Shown here piece by piece: positions 36,482-45,970 of a stretch of 46,299 bases of DNA. Source of the stretch: an uncultured bacterium (GTDB lineage: Bacteria > Aquificota > Aquificia > Desulfurobacteriales > Desulfurobacteriaceae). The position numbers and the translations under genes are program-made. Position 1 is the stretch's first letter. The number at the start of each line of letters is the position of its first letter. A model generated the notes under the pieces. The model was not told the origin of the DNA. It saw only the letters and a list, made by a program, of their open reading frames with translations, and made no database searches. Where the stretch lies: positions 1 to 46,299 of the forward strand of contig CAZQLZ010000011.1 in assembly GCA_964594265.1 (NCBI GenBank). The letters are read 5' to 3'.

Positions 36482-36853
36482 TCAGCGACTGTTGAGAACC
36501 TCCGAGACAATCTCAGAAACTTCTATCCTTGGTGCATCCATCCAGAGAGACTCTAAGTTGTAGAGCTCCCTATATTCCGGCCTAAACACGTGGACTATAA
36601 CATCACCGTAGTCCAGCAATATCCAGTTAGCAGTTTCATAACCTTCCATACTAAGGGGAAGAATTTCGGCCTCTTTTAACCTTTTCTTTATCTCGTCAGC
36701 TATAGTCCTTGCGTGGGTATCAGAAGTTGCAGAGAGAATTACAAAGTAGTCTGCAAGAGTAGTAAGCTCCCTAAGGTCAATAACGACCGGATTCTCTGCC
36801 TTTTTATCAAGGGCTACCTTAAGTGCAGTCTTTAGCTTTTGCAGGGCGTCCAA
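36482..36853 (-). CDS. rsfS: Ribosome silencing factor RsfS (iojap)
   Basis: DKKAEN...IDL, ADYFVI, WILLDYGDVIVHVF....RELYNLESLW. TTG at 36853 follows AAGGAGG. Confidence 0.95.
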   Translation of the reverse strand: MDALQKLKTALKVALDKKAENPVVIDLRELTTLADYFVILSATSDTHARTIADEIKKRLKEAEILPLSMEGYETANWILLDYGDVIVHVFRPEYRELYNLESLWMDAPRIEVSEIVSEVLNSR

Positions 36854-36864
36854 AACCGTCCTCC

Positions 36865-37815
36865 TTATAGGGTTTCTTTTATTTTCCACCAAATAGAACG
36901 CTTTAGGGGGTTTATAACAGGTTCAACGTCAAGTATTCTCTCCCCAAGAAGAATCCTTCTTGCCTTTACGCCGTAGGGAGAATTTGGGTAATTCTTCGCC
37001 ACTTCTGAAAGTATCTTCTCTCCCACCTTTTTGTTTTCCTCTGCTACTTTCTTCCAAGTTTCAATATCTCTACTTATAAGTTTCATCCTGTTCTCCGCCA
37101 CCCTCCTCTCTTCTTGATTATCGGACTTTAGTCTCTTTTTTTCCTCTTCAAGCTGTCTTTTAAGTCTGTCTATCTCCTCTTCTGCCTGAATACTCGTAAA
37201 GTAGTAAGCTCTCCCAAGGAGGTACTTAAGTCTATCCATTGGTTCAACATCTGAATACTCCTTTAAAACCCTCTCGTAGCGCCTAACAGAGGCCGTAAAC
37301 TTGTGAACCATATCGTAAGTTCCAGCAATGTATACCTCATGCTCAGCAAATAACTCTTTGGCTATTCTTTTGTAATCTCGTGCTTTCTGAACACGGTTAT
37401 CCTCAGGATAACGTTTTATAAACTTGTCAAAAACTTCGTAAGCCTTTTTAGTAAAGGTCTGATCCCATTGTGGTCCTTTCACTAAGTTAAGATAGGAAAC
37501 TCCAAGTCTAAAAAGAGCATCCTTAGCAAAAGGAGAGGCTGGGTAGAGCTCCAAAAACTCCTCGTACTGGATAGCCGCTTCTTCAAAATTTCCGTCGTTA
37601 AAGTAAGCGTTGGCAAGAGCAAACTTTGCTTTTTCTTTTTCCTTAGGAGGGAGCTCCCCCTCAAGGGCCTTTTCCAGGAAGTTTGCTGCTTTTCCCCAAT
37701 CCTTTTCCTGTAGAGCTTCAAATCCTTTCCGGTAGAGTCCTTCTGTTGTTTGGGGAATTCTCTCGCACGAGAAAGCAAGAACTAAAATCAAGAACAGCCA
37801 ACTCTTCAAGCTCAT
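36865..37815 (-). CDS. bamD: Outer membrane protein assembly lipoprotein BamD
   Basis: Lipobox AFSC, TPRs (A...YEEFLELYP.SP....ALF..G), DQTFT, HEVYIA..Y. Confidence 0.85.
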   Translation of the reverse strand: MSLKSWLFLILVLAFSCERIPQTTEGLYRKGFEALQEKDWGKAANFLEKALEGELPPKEKEKAKFALANAYFNDGNFEEAAIQYEEFLELYPASPFAKDALFRLGVSYLNLVKGPQWDQTFTKKAYEVFDKFIKRYPEDNRVQKARDYKRIAKELFAEHEVYIAGTYDMVHKFTASVRRYERVLKEYSDVEPMDRLKYLLGRAYYFTSIQAEEEIDRLKRQLEEEKKRLKSDNQEERRVAENRMKLISRDIETWKKVAEENKKVGEKILSEVAKNYPNSPYGVKARRILLGERILDVEPVINPLKRSIWWKIKETL

Positions 37816-37821
37816 CTTTCT

Positions 37822-39306
37822 CTATCCCTTCACGACCATGAATTTCTCAACGTGATAGTGCTCAACGGGAATCACCTTGATTTTACGGCCGAAAACTCTT
37901 TCAATCCTGTCAATTATATCTTTTTCATCAACTGTTAGCTTTTCAACAACAGCCGGGTTAGCATAGACCTTTATAACTTTGCAGTTTTCCCCCATCTTAA
38001 TGGAAGATATTATTTCCCTTTCTATCTCAAAGGCAACCGTCTCAACAGACTTTACCCTTCCTTTCCCTTCACAGTAAGGACAGGTCATTGTCAAGGTTTT
38101 ACCCAAACTCTTCTTTACTCGTTTCCTTGTCATTTCAACAAGACCAAGATCAGACATACTGACAATTTTTGTTTTCGCTCTGTCCTTAGAGAGCTCCTCT
38201 TCCAAGGTTTTTATAAGGAGCTCCTTGTTCTTTTCTTCTTTCATATCTATGAAGTCTATTACGATGATTCCACCTATGTCCCTTAGTCTTAGCTGTCTTG
38301 CTATTTCTTTTGCAGCTGCAAGGTTTACTTTCAAAGCAGTTTCTTCAAGGGTCTTTGTTTTCTTAAACTTACCACTGTTAACGTCTATTGACACTAAGGC
38401 CTCTGTCTCATCAATTACTATGTAACCTCCGTTTTTAAGGTAGACCTTTCGGGAAAGTGCCTTCTCAATAGCCATTTCAACACAAAACTTTTCAAAGAGT
38501 GGAACATCTTCCTCATAAAGCTTTATTCTGTCCGATAGTTTTGGAATAAAAGCTTTTGTAAAGCTTAGAGCTCTTTCATACTCCGTCTTTGAGTCAATTA
38601 TTACCTCCGAAACATCATCAGTAAGGAGATCCCTTAAAGTTCTTGGAACAATTTCAAGATCCTGATAGAGTAGAACTGGAGGTGGTTTACTTTCTGCCTT
38701 TTCTACAAGTCCCTTCCACACCCTTAGTATGTAATCAAGATCTCTCCTTAGCTCTTCTTCGCTTGCTTTTATAGCTGCCGTCCTAAGGATAATCCCATAC
38801 TCCTCAGGCTTTATCTTTCCAGCAATCGCCTTTAACCTCTCTCTTTCTTTTTCGTCAGTTATCCTCCGAGAAATTCCTATCCTGTTAACGGTTGGAAGAA
38901 GAACCAAGTAGTGGCCGGGTACTGTTATGTTGGTCGTAACCCTTGGCCCTTTAGTTCCTATGGGCTCTTTTGAAACCTGAACAATTACTTCCTGTCCTTC
39001 AGAGAGAACTTCTTCAATTGAAGGAAGTTCATCTTCAAAACCTCTTGACTCCTCAAAAGGATCTTCCTCCTCAAACTCAAGGGCAAAGGCATCCCGAACG
39101 TAGAGAAAAGCCTTCTTTGAAACCCCAATGTCTACAAAAGCTGCCTGAACGGCAGGGATAATTTTTTGAACTCTTCCTTTATAGATGTTACCGACAATTC
39201 CTCTGTTTCCCTTTCTTTCAACGTAAAACTCTACAAGCTCCCCATCCTCAAGAACGGCAATTCTAACTTCCTTCGTGTGAACGTTTATTAGTATCTGCTT
39301 GTTCAC
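37822..39306 (-). CDS. rng: Ribonuclease G / E catalytic-domain family
   Basis: GNIYKGRV, AAFVDIG, VQVSKEPIGTKGPRVT, IDVNSG, QLRLRDIGGIIVIDFIDM, CPYCEG. GTG at 39306 is the likely start. Confidence 0.93.
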   Translation of the reverse strand: MNKQILINVHTKEVRIAVLEDGELVEFYVERKGNRGIVGNIYKGRVQKIIPAVQAAFVDIGVSKKAFLYVRDAFALEFEEEDPFEESRGFEDELPSIEEVLSEGQEVIVQVSKEPIGTKGPRVTTNITVPGHYLVLLPTVNRIGISRRITDEKERERLKAIAGKIKPEEYGIILRTAAIKASEEELRRDLDYILRVWKGLVEKAESKPPPVLLYQDLEIVPRTLRDLLTDDVSEVIIDSKTEYERALSFTKAFIPKLSDRIKLYEEDVPLFEKFCVEMAIEKALSRKVYLKNGGYIVIDETEALVSIDVNSGKFKKTKTLEETALKVNLAAAKEIARQLRLRDIGGIIVIDFIDMKEEKNKELLIKTLEEELSKDRAKTKIVSMSDLGLVEMTRKRVKKSLGKTLTMTCPYCEGKGRVKSVETVAFEIEREIISSIKMGENCKVIKVYANPAVVEKLTVDEKDIIDRIERVFGRKIKVIPVEHYHVEKFMVVKG

Positions 39307-39307
39307 T

Positions 39308-41731
39308 TTAGAGAAGTTCCTCTCTAAGGACTTCTGCTGCTGCAAGATCAATACCCATCCAGAAAAGTATGTCCTGGATATTTAAAATATTACCCCCTTT
39401 GACATTTAATACTACCCTGAGGATCTTCCCGTCAAACCTCCAAGTCTTTATCCACTCCTCCAGCAAAATCTCTTTCCCCTTCCTGTTCTTAAGAACCTTC
39501 TCTTTAAGGAAGTCAAGACTGAACTCTCCCAAAGGTCTTATTCTGTAGGTAACCTCCTCTATCTTAGAAAGCAGAGTCTCTTTTAAGTCCAGTTCGTAGT
39601 ACCTTTTGAACCTTAACCCTTGCGGTAAGAAGGACTTAGACTCTTCTATGAACCTTTCAAAGTCAAACTCTTTTTTAGAGAGCTCTACCTCAACAATCTC
39701 CCCAAGCCCTTCAACTCCTACAGGAAGACCGAGAAGTATGTTGATTTTTGGATGAGGGTTAAAGCCCTGAGAGTATCTCAGAGGAATGTTAAATTTGCGA
39801 AAGGTTCTTGTAAGAGCTCTACTTAGATCAAGGAGAGAAAGGTACTTAGCATAACCTCTTTTCTCAAAGATTAAGGCCACCTTTCTCTTTAGTGGAAATT
39901 CCCTTTTAGGTTTGGGGGGGACTTTAAAATCTATCCTCTCAGGTATCGGGTGCTTCTTTAGTTCCTTTATCTGTTCTGAAGTACAGGAGCCACAGGCGTG
40001 ACAGCCGACTATACGACAGTCGGGAGTCCACTCTTCTCTTTTAGCCTTTTCAAGCTCTCTAAGTAAAAACCTCTTCGTTACAACGCCCTTTATGAAATCC
40101 CAGGGGAGCTCTTCATAAAGCTCTTTTCGTCCCAAGGCTCTTTCAAGGTCAATCCCACTTCTTTCAAAGGCCTTTAGCCACCCTTTCCAGTTAAAGTATT
40201 CGTCCCAACCGTCAAGTTGACACCCTTCTCCATAAGCAGCTTCTATAAGTTCAGCTACAGACTCATCACCCCTTGTAAGTATGGCTTCTATAAGGGACTG
40301 TCTGTAGTCGTGAAACCTCAAAATAAAGGCCTTTGGAGCTCTCCTCTTTATGTAAGAAACCTTCTCCTTTACTTCATCTTCCTTAGAGAAAGCTTCCCAC
40401 TGGAATGGAGTAAAAGGTTTAGGGACAAATATGGAGATGCCCGCTGCAAGATGCTTCCTGCCCTTATACTTTTTTCCAATTTTGTAAACAGTCCAGAGCA
40501 TATCCACAAGGGCGTCAATGTCTTCCTGAAACTCAAAGGGTAGCCCTATCATGAAGTAGAGCTTCAGCCTGTTCCATCCCCTTTTAAGGAGTCCCTCAAC
40601 CGCTTTAAACAGGTCTTCATTTGTAAGATCCTTGTTTATTATTCTCCTGAGCCTATCAGAACCAACCTCTGGAGCAAGGGTAAAGCCTGTTTTTTTCACC
40701 TGCATAATCTGTGAGGCAAGTTCAGGATTAAATCCCTTAACCCTCATTGAAGGAAGGGACAGGGAAATCATCTCCCTGTAGCACAGTTCCATAACTTCGG
40801 GGACTAAAACGTTAAAACGGCTGTGGTCTGAAATTGATAGAGCAGAAAGAGAAGCCTCCTCGTAGCCGGTTTCTTTAAAGGTTTCTTCTACAAGTTTCTT
40901 CACTAACTTCTCGTCCCTTTCTCTATAAGGACGGTATATGTAGCCTGCCTGACAGAAACGGCATCCCCTAAGACACCCCCTTGCTGCCTCAACGGTAATC
41001 CTGTCCTGAGCCGTCTCAATTACTGGAACCGGCAGAGAAGTAGGGTAGTAACTCTTAATCCCTATTCCGGTAAATACTGCCTTCTTTACCGGATACTTAC
41101 CAAAGGCCGGTACCCACACTCCGGTGATTTTCCTCGCCTCAAGGAGAAAGTCCTCCTTAGTTCCCCCTTCTCTTTTTATTCTCCTCATGAGCTGGGCAAG
41201 CTGGACAACCACTTCCTCCCCATCGCCAATGGCAAACAGGTCTATGAAGGGAGCTAAGGGAACGGGGTTGTAGACGCAGGGACCTCCGGCAAAAACTATC
41301 GGGAAACCGTCTCTCTCTTCCCTTTTAATCCTTAAACCTGCAAGCTCCAAAACCTTTAAAGCGTTGGTATAGGTAAGCTCAGAGGAAAAGGAAAGTCCCC
41401 AAAGGTCGTAGTCCTTTACAGGCCTTTGCTCCTCAATCGTGTAAAGGGGAATCCCCTCCCTTTTCATAAAGGACTGCATGTCGGGACGGGGAAGGTAAGC
41501 CCTATGCATGAGAGCAAAGTCTGTGAGGTTGTTGATAACGTGGTAGAGGATTTTTCCGCCGATGTGGGAGCTCCCCACTTCATACAGGTCGGGATAGGTA
41601 AGAACAATTCTTACATCCCTTTCAAAAAAAGAGGGAGCTCTCAAGTTTAACTCTAAGGGCAGGTAAGAGGCAGGCTTTTTGACACTGTATAGCTTGGTAA
41701 GGAGTTCTTTTCTTTTAAATATCGCCGTCAA
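39308..41731 (-). CDS. TIGR03960-type B12-binding radical SAM protein fused to a TIGR03936/DUF2344 domain
   Basis: YPDLYEVGSSH.G, AGGPC.YNP.P, RGCLRGCRFCQAG, T.APE.GS.RLR..INK; C-terminal YLSLLDL, YSQGFNPHPK. TTG at 41731 after GGGGA is the likely start. Confidence 0.85.
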   Translation of the reverse strand: MTAIFKRKELLTKLYSVKKPASYLPLELNLRAPSFFERDVRIVLTYPDLYEVGSSHIGGKILYHVINNLTDFALMHRAYLPRPDMQSFMKREGIPLYTIEEQRPVKDYDLWGLSFSSELTYTNALKVLELAGLRIKREERDGFPIVFAGGPCVYNPVPLAPFIDLFAIGDGEEVVVQLAQLMRRIKREGGTKEDFLLEARKITGVWVPAFGKYPVKKAVFTGIGIKSYYPTSLPVPVIETAQDRITVEAARGCLRGCRFCQAGYIYRPYRERDEKLVKKLVEETFKETGYEEASLSALSISDHSRFNVLVPEVMELCYREMISLSLPSMRVKGFNPELASQIMQVKKTGFTLAPEVGSDRLRRIINKDLTNEDLFKAVEGLLKRGWNRLKLYFMIGLPFEFQEDIDALVDMLWTVYKIGKKYKGRKHLAAGISIFVPKPFTPFQWEAFSKEDEVKEKVSYIKRRAPKAFILRFHDYRQSLIEAILTRGDESVAELIEAAYGEGCQLDGWDEYFNWKGWLKAFERSGIDLERALGRKELYEELPWDFIKGVVTKRFLLRELEKAKREEWTPDCRIVGCHACGSCTSEQIKELKKHPIPERIDFKVPPKPKREFPLKRKVALIFEKRGYAKYLSLLDLSRALTRTFRKFNIPLRYSQGFNPHPKINILLGLPVGVEGLGEIVEVELSKKEFDFERFIEESKSFLPQGLRFKRYYELDLKETLLSKIEEVTYRIRPLGEFSLDFLKEKVLKNRKGKEILLEEWIKTWRFDGKILRVVLNVKGGNILNIQDILFWMGIDLAAAEVLREELL

Positions 41732-42272
41732 AGAAGTCCCCGTAGTCAAACTCGGAGTCGTAATCTTCAAAATTCTCTTCAAAGTCTCGTGATACTCTAT
41801 CCTCTACGGTCTCCTGTTTTTCTAAATTCTGCAGTTGCTCCGGCTCTTTTTCTTCATTGTGAACGGCAGCGTGAACGCTATCGGCTATCATGTCCGCAAT
41901 TAAAAAGCCAGTCAGCGCACCAAGAACCGTTCCAAGCCAAGGAAAAGCCGGAACGTAACTGGTATTGGAACGGGTAAATAGCTTCTGGAGTTCTTTCTGG
42001 CTAACCGGAACGATTATTATCTCCCTTCCATCGTCAATTTTCAGCTCGTAAACACCGTCCTCTAACCTTTCTACAGAGAAGCGCTTTATTTCGGAGCTCC
42101 TAAAAAACCTAAAACGCCCGTCCTTAAACCAGGAAACCCCATCTTCGGAAAAGCTTAGAACAGAACCGTCAAGCCCCCTAACATCCACAGTTCTCCTTCC
42201 ACCAGTAAGGCGGGGCATAACGACAAACAGGAAAACTAAAAAAAATATCAGGAAAAGAAGTATTCCCATCAT
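41715..42272 (-). CDS. Hypothetical membrane protein with acidic C-terminal tail
   Basis: N-terminal TM, small beta-rich domain, second hydrophobic Gly-rich segment (LGTVLGALTGFLIADMI), Asp/Glu/Phe-rich tail. Confidence 0.65.
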   Translation of the reverse strand: MMGILLFLIFFLVFLFVVMPRLTGGRRTVDVRGLDGSVLSFSEDGVSWFKDGRFRFFRSSEIKRFSVERLEDGVYELKIDDGREIIIVPVSQKELQKLFTRSNTSYVPAFPWLGTVLGALTGFLIADMIADSVHAAVHNEEKEPEQLQNLEKQETVEDRVSRDFEENFEDYDSEFDYGDFFDGDI

Positions 42273-42625
42273 TACCCCTTTCGGCAAAATTCAAAAAATT
42301 CAGACACCTTACGCTCCCAGAAGGCTCTTTTATCCTCTCCCTTTTTAAAAATATCCCTGCTTTCAAGATATTTAAAGTAGCCGTCTGCCGGCATTCCTGT
42401 TCTTGAAAGAACCACAACCGACCCCGGCAGAACCCTAAACTCCCGGTAGTACCTGTCACATACAGGATGTAGCAGTTTAGAAATCACCCTTCCCAAACCC
42501 CTTCCTCTTTCTGGAACAACTCTCCTACCAATTCTCCTATTAAGCTCTACAGCAAGATTTCCGTAGGTAATAAGCTGTCTCTTCCTTCCGCACTCAATCA
42601 GGATAATCTCAAGGAGCTCCAACAT
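42272..42625 (-). CDS. Hypothetical small protein, possible winged-helix DNA-binding fold
   Basis: 117 aa, tightly packed between neighbours; ITYG.LA, LGRVIS.LL..VC, SVVV...TGMP..GYF pattern. Confidence 0.6.
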   Translation of the reverse strand: MLELLEIILIECGRKRQLITYGNLAVELNRRIGRRVVPERGRGLGRVISKLLHPVCDRYYREFRVLPGSVVVLSRTGMPADGYFKYLESRDIFKKGEDKRAFWERKVSEFFEFCRKG

Positions 42626-42627
42626 CT

Positions 42628-43329
42628 TTAGAACCTATAGATAACGCTTGTCAGGAAAGTTTTGTCCGTATGATACTCGGCATCGTCAGGAAGGAGGTTG
42701 TGATAATCCAAAACATAAGAAAGGCCTAAAGCTAAATTTTCCGTTACTGGAACATTGAAAGAAGTCTCACTATGAACGAAGTAGTCACTACCATTCTCAA
42801 ACGATACCTGATATGAAAACTTCTGAGAGAACAGTAGGTTTTCAAGCAATCTATTTTTATACTCAACTTTCACTTCCCACAGAGAGTAACTATCAACACT
42901 TCCATCTGTGTAGTTGTTATAGGTGTAGTTGAGACCCGAAAAGAGTTTCAGGGATTCGTTCTCACTATCTATCAACTGATAGCCAATTCCCGGACCAAAA
43001 CCAATCCTATAGTCGTAACCTGAAAAAGGGTCAGCGTAGAGGAAGCTTGAAAGGTAGAAGAGAATTTTCTCGCTCACGTTTCTTTCAATCCGCCCATTCA
43101 AAGTTAGCTTGTTGGCAGTCTCTTCACCACTGTCTATTTTGTAAAGATAAGAACCGTCTGAGTAGAACCTCAAGGAACGATAACTTCCTTCAAAGCTGTA
43201 GGAAACAGAAAGCGTCTTTGTATCCGTGTTACCGGAAGTGTCTGTATAAGAAACTGAAAGCTGGTTCTCTCCTGTCTCCCCAAAGGCAGGAAGGGAAAGG
43301 ATAAATAAAAATGCTAAAAGCTTCCTCAT
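42628..43329 (-). CDS. DUF481 (YdiY-like) outer membrane beta-barrel protein
   Basis: Signal peptide, TSGNTDT, D.FSG.DYR...G.G.GY, alternating beta-strands, C-terminal YRF. Confidence 0.85.
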   Translation of the reverse strand: MRKLLAFLFILSLPAFGETGENQLSVSYTDTSGNTDTKTLSVSYSFEGSYRSLRFYSDGSYLYKIDSGEETANKLTLNGRIERNVSEKILFYLSSFLYADPFSGYDYRIGFGPGIGYQLIDSENESLKLFSGLNYTYNNYTDGSVDSYSLWEVKVEYKNRLLENLLFSQKFSYQVSFENGSDYFVHSETSFNVPVTENLALGLSYVLDYHNLLPDDAEYHTDKTFLTSVIYRF

Positions 43330-43386
43330 TCACTCTCCTCCTGAGATGTATAATTTGCTCAACCCCATTCAAGGAGACGGTAGGGT

Positions 43387-44031
43387 ATGAACAAGGAAAA
43401 ACTTTTTGAAAACCTTAAATCGCTGGCAGTTGCCCTTGTCCTTGCGCTAATCATCAGAACCTTTATAGTTCAGTCCTTTCATATACCTTCAGGCTCTATG
43501 ATACCAACATTGCTCGTCGGAGATTTTATCTTGGTTGACAAAATTACCTACCATTTCAGAAAGCCTGAAAGAGGAGACGTCGTCGTTTTCCTCTATCCAG
43601 AAAATAGGGACGTTTATTTTATAAAGAGAATAGTCGGCCTTCCGGGAGATACAGTGCAGGTTATAGACGGAAAACTCTACATAAACGGAAAACCTTGCAG
43701 TTACTCTCCGGCAGGCAGTTACAGTTACGTTGAAAAAGGAACGTTAATGAAAGGAAAACTCTTTTACGAGTTCCTCCCCAAAAAGAAAGGAGGTGAAAAG
43801 AAACACTTGATTTTGAAGACAGGATTGCAAGGAGACAACACAAAAGTATTCGTCGTTCCAAGGGATAAGTACTTTATGATGGGAGACAACAGAAACAACA
43901 GCTATGATAGTAGATTCTGGGGATTCGTTGATAGAAACGACATAGTTGGCATAGCAAGGATTATCTTTTTCTCTTGGGATGGGGAAAGACACTTACCCCG
44001 CTTTAGCAGGTTCTTCAAATTAATAAACTAA
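43387..44031 (+). CDS. lepB: Signal peptidase I
   Basis: IPSGSMIPTL, FIKRIVGLPGD, YFMMGDNRNNSYDSRFWG. Confidence 0.97.
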   Translation: MNKEKLFENLKSLAVALVLALIIRTFIVQSFHIPSGSMIPTLLVGDFILVDKITYHFRKPERGDVVVFLYPENRDVYFIKRIVGLPGDTVQVIDGKLYINGKPCSYSPAGSYSYVEKGTLMKGKLFYEFLPKKKGGEKKHLILKTGLQGDNTKVFVVPRDKYFMMGDNRNNSYDSRFWGFVDRNDIVGIARIIFFSWDGERHLPRFSRFFKLIN

Positions 44032-44055
44032 GGGGGAGAAAACTCTCCCCCCTTT
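44032..44055. terminator. Hairpin between convergent lepB and hup, probable bidirectional terminator
   Basis: GGGGGAGA-AAAC-TCTCCCCC stem-loop between the two stop codons; U-tracts are short. Confidence 0.65.
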
Positions 44056-44060
44056 AGAGC

Positions 44061-44357
44061 TTACTTCTTCTTTTTCTTGAGAACCTTCTCAGTAGCCTCT
44101 TTAAGATCCTTTCCAGGCTTAAAGGCTGGTGAGAGCTTTGCAGGAACTTCTACTTTTTCGCCAGTTCTTGGATTCCTTGCAGTTCTTGGAGCTCTCTCCT
44201 TCATGAGGAAGGTTCCGAAGCCCCTGATCTCTACTTTGTCTCCGTTTTTGAGAGTTTCTGTTACCACCTCAATGAAGGCGTTAAGAGCAGCTTCGGCATC
44301 CTTCTTCCTGATACCTGCCTTTTCAGCAATTGCTGCTACGAGATCACTCTTTGTCAT
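44061..44357 (-). CDS. hup: HU DNA-binding protein
   Basis: MTKSDLV, GFGTF, R.ARNPRTGE, PAFKPGK.LKE; Lys-rich tail. Confidence 0.96.
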   Translation of the reverse strand: MTKSDLVAAIAEKAGIRKKDAEAALNAFIEVVTETLKNGDKVEIRGFGTFLMKERAPRTARNPRTGEKVEVPAKLSPAFKPGKDLKEATEKVLKKKKK

Positions 44358-44438
44358 AACCGCTCCCTCCTTAACGGGTTTTACTAAAGCAAAGTCTTAC
44401 AAGGCTCAAAAAGAAAATACTATTTCAACTATTTGTTG

Positions 44439-44744
44439 TCAAGAAGTTTCCTGCACAGGAGTTCCAAGTTTTTCCTGCAAAGTTGCAACATCTATCCCCT
44501 CAATCCTTAAAAGCTTAATTCTGCTCGTCTCCCCCTTCACAATCTCTATATTAGACGCAGGTACCTTTAGTGCCTTTGACAACAACTCCACAACCTTCTT
44601 GTTAGCTTTACCTCCCTCAGGAGGAACTGTTACCCTGATTTTCAGTCTCCCCTCTTCCACTCTCTCTATTCTGTTCCTTGAAGCCTTGGGCTGAACTTTC
44701 ACTTCCAGCTCCAGAGCTCCGTTCCTCTTTCTTATCCGCAGCAT
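44439..44744 (-). CDS. yggU: DUF167/YggU family protein
   Basis: VKVQPKAS, PPEGGKANK, IEIVKGETSRIK. Confidence 0.9.
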   Translation of the reverse strand: MLRIRKRNGALELEVKVQPKASRNRIERVEEGRLKIRVTVPPEGGKANKKVVELLSKALKVPASNIEIVKGETSRIKLLRIEGIDVATLQEKLGTPVQETS

Positions 44745-45132
44745 TTGGTCTTAACTCCTCAACAATCCTTGTCATGTCAATGATTGCCATTTTAAGCCTA
44801 TCAAACATTTGCTTCTGGGCAAGTCTCAATTTTTCTATCTCAAGCTCAAGCTCCTTTTTTTGCTTCTCAAGCTCTTCCTTCTCTTCAAGTTTCTTCTGGA
44901 TAATTTTTTCAATTTCCTTTTTGGCCTTCTCTATGAGCTTTTCGGTTTTATATTCGGGAGTTTTAATCCTTAGCCTTTCTATCTCTTTCAGGAGCTCCTG
45001 ATATGCGTTAGCTACCTCTATTAAAAAGGCCTCAACCTCATCAGGATCATAGCCAAAGAGCTTTTTGCTGAACTCCTTTGTTCTTATGTCCTGAGGTCTA
45101 AGCTTTACCTTCCTACCCCGAATGCTTTTCAT
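44617..45132 (-). CDS. DivIVA-domain coiled-coil protein
   Basis: LRPQDIRTKEFSKKLFGYDPDEVEAFL is the DivIVA/GpsB N-terminal motif, followed by coiled coil. Start may be the GTG a few codons in. Confidence 0.85.
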   Translation of the reverse strand: MKSIRGRKVKLRPQDIRTKEFSKKLFGYDPDEVEAFLIEVANAYQELLKEIERLRIKTPEYKTEKLIEKAKKEIEKIIQKKLEEKEELEKQKKELELEIEKLRLAQKQMFDRLKMAIIDMTRIVEELRPNAADKKEERSSGAGSESSAQGFKEQNRESGRGETENQGNSSS

Positions 45133-45146
45133 TCTTTTCCTCTTAC

Positions 45147-45383
45147 CTACAGCAGACTGTCAATCAACTGCAGAATGATTATAGCAACAATGGGGCTGAT
45201 ATCTATTCCGTTAATAGGAGGGATGAACCTCCTTATAGGTTCAAGGAGGCCGTCGGTAAACTCAATCATACCGTCAACAAGCCTGTTCCTACTGTGATGA
45301 GGAATCCATGTAAGAAGTGAACCGATGATGATAATCCAAGTCAGAACTTCAATAACCGTGTGGAAGATTTCCTTTACCAGCAT
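45147..45383 (-). CDS. yggT: YggT family membrane protein
   Basis: LLTWI, T..LLEPIRRFIPP..GIDISPIVA. Confidence 0.9.
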   Translation of the reverse strand: MLVKEIFHTVIEVLTWIIIIGSLLTWIPHHSRNRLVDGMIEFTDGLLEPIRRFIPPINGIDISPIVAIIILQLIDSLL

Positions 45384-45970
45384 CTTATCTCCTCTATAAG
45401 TTTAACAAGTTTACCGAAAGCCTTTCCCCTGTGGCTTATCCTGTTTTTCTCCTCTAAGGGTAACTCCGCCATAGTCTTTTCATAACCTTCCGGTATAAAT
45501 AGAGGGTCGTAGCCAAAACCTCCACTACCCCTTGGCTCTGTTATCACTTTCCCCCTTACCTCTCCCTCACTCCAGAGTCCCATACCTTCCGGAAAGGCTA
45601 TAGCGGCAAAGGAGACGTACTTAGCAGGGGATTCTTCAAGGCCTCTCTTTTTTAGCTCCTCTATGAGCTTCCTGTTGTTCTCCTCGTCCGTAGCGTTTTC
45701 TCCGGCAAAGCGTGAGGAGTAAACTCCCGGCTTTCCACCTAAAGCCTCAACTACAAGACCGGAGTCTTCGGCAATTACGGGCTCTCCTAAAGCTTTGGCG
45801 TAGTAAACAGCCTTCTGATAGGCGTTTTCAAGGAAAGTCTCTCCAGTTTCTTCTGGAGCTGGAATCTCCTTCACCTCATCTATGGGAACAACGTCTATAC
45901 CAAAGCGCTTTAGTTTCTCCTTCACCTCTCTAACCTTCCCCCTGTTCTTTGTAGCAAAGACTATCCTCAT
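45374..45970 (-). CDS. rdgB: Non-canonical purine NTP pyrophosphatase (RdgB/HAM1)
   Basis: ATKNRGK, ETGETF.ENA..KA, EDSGL, PGVYS, GFGYDP, KNRISHR. Confidence 0.96.
   Translation of the reverse strand: MRIVFATKNRGKVREVKEKLKRFGIDVVPIDEVKEIPAPEETGETFLENAYQKAVYYAKALGEPVIAEDSGLVVEALGGKPGVYSSRFAGENATDEENNRKLIEELKKRGLEESPAKYVSFAAIAFPEGMGLWSEGEVRGKVITEPRGSGGFGYDPLFIPEGYEKTMAELPLEEKNRISHRGKAFGKLVKLIEEIRCW

Noticed and set aside
44077-44694. 205-aa plus-strand ORF
   Set aside because: Antisense to hup and yggU; Ser/Phe/Leu-rich composition typical of shadow frames.
1278-45933. Remaining short ORFs in the track nested within or antisense to the assigned genes
   Set aside because: They overlap confidently identified genes and lack motifs or RBS support.
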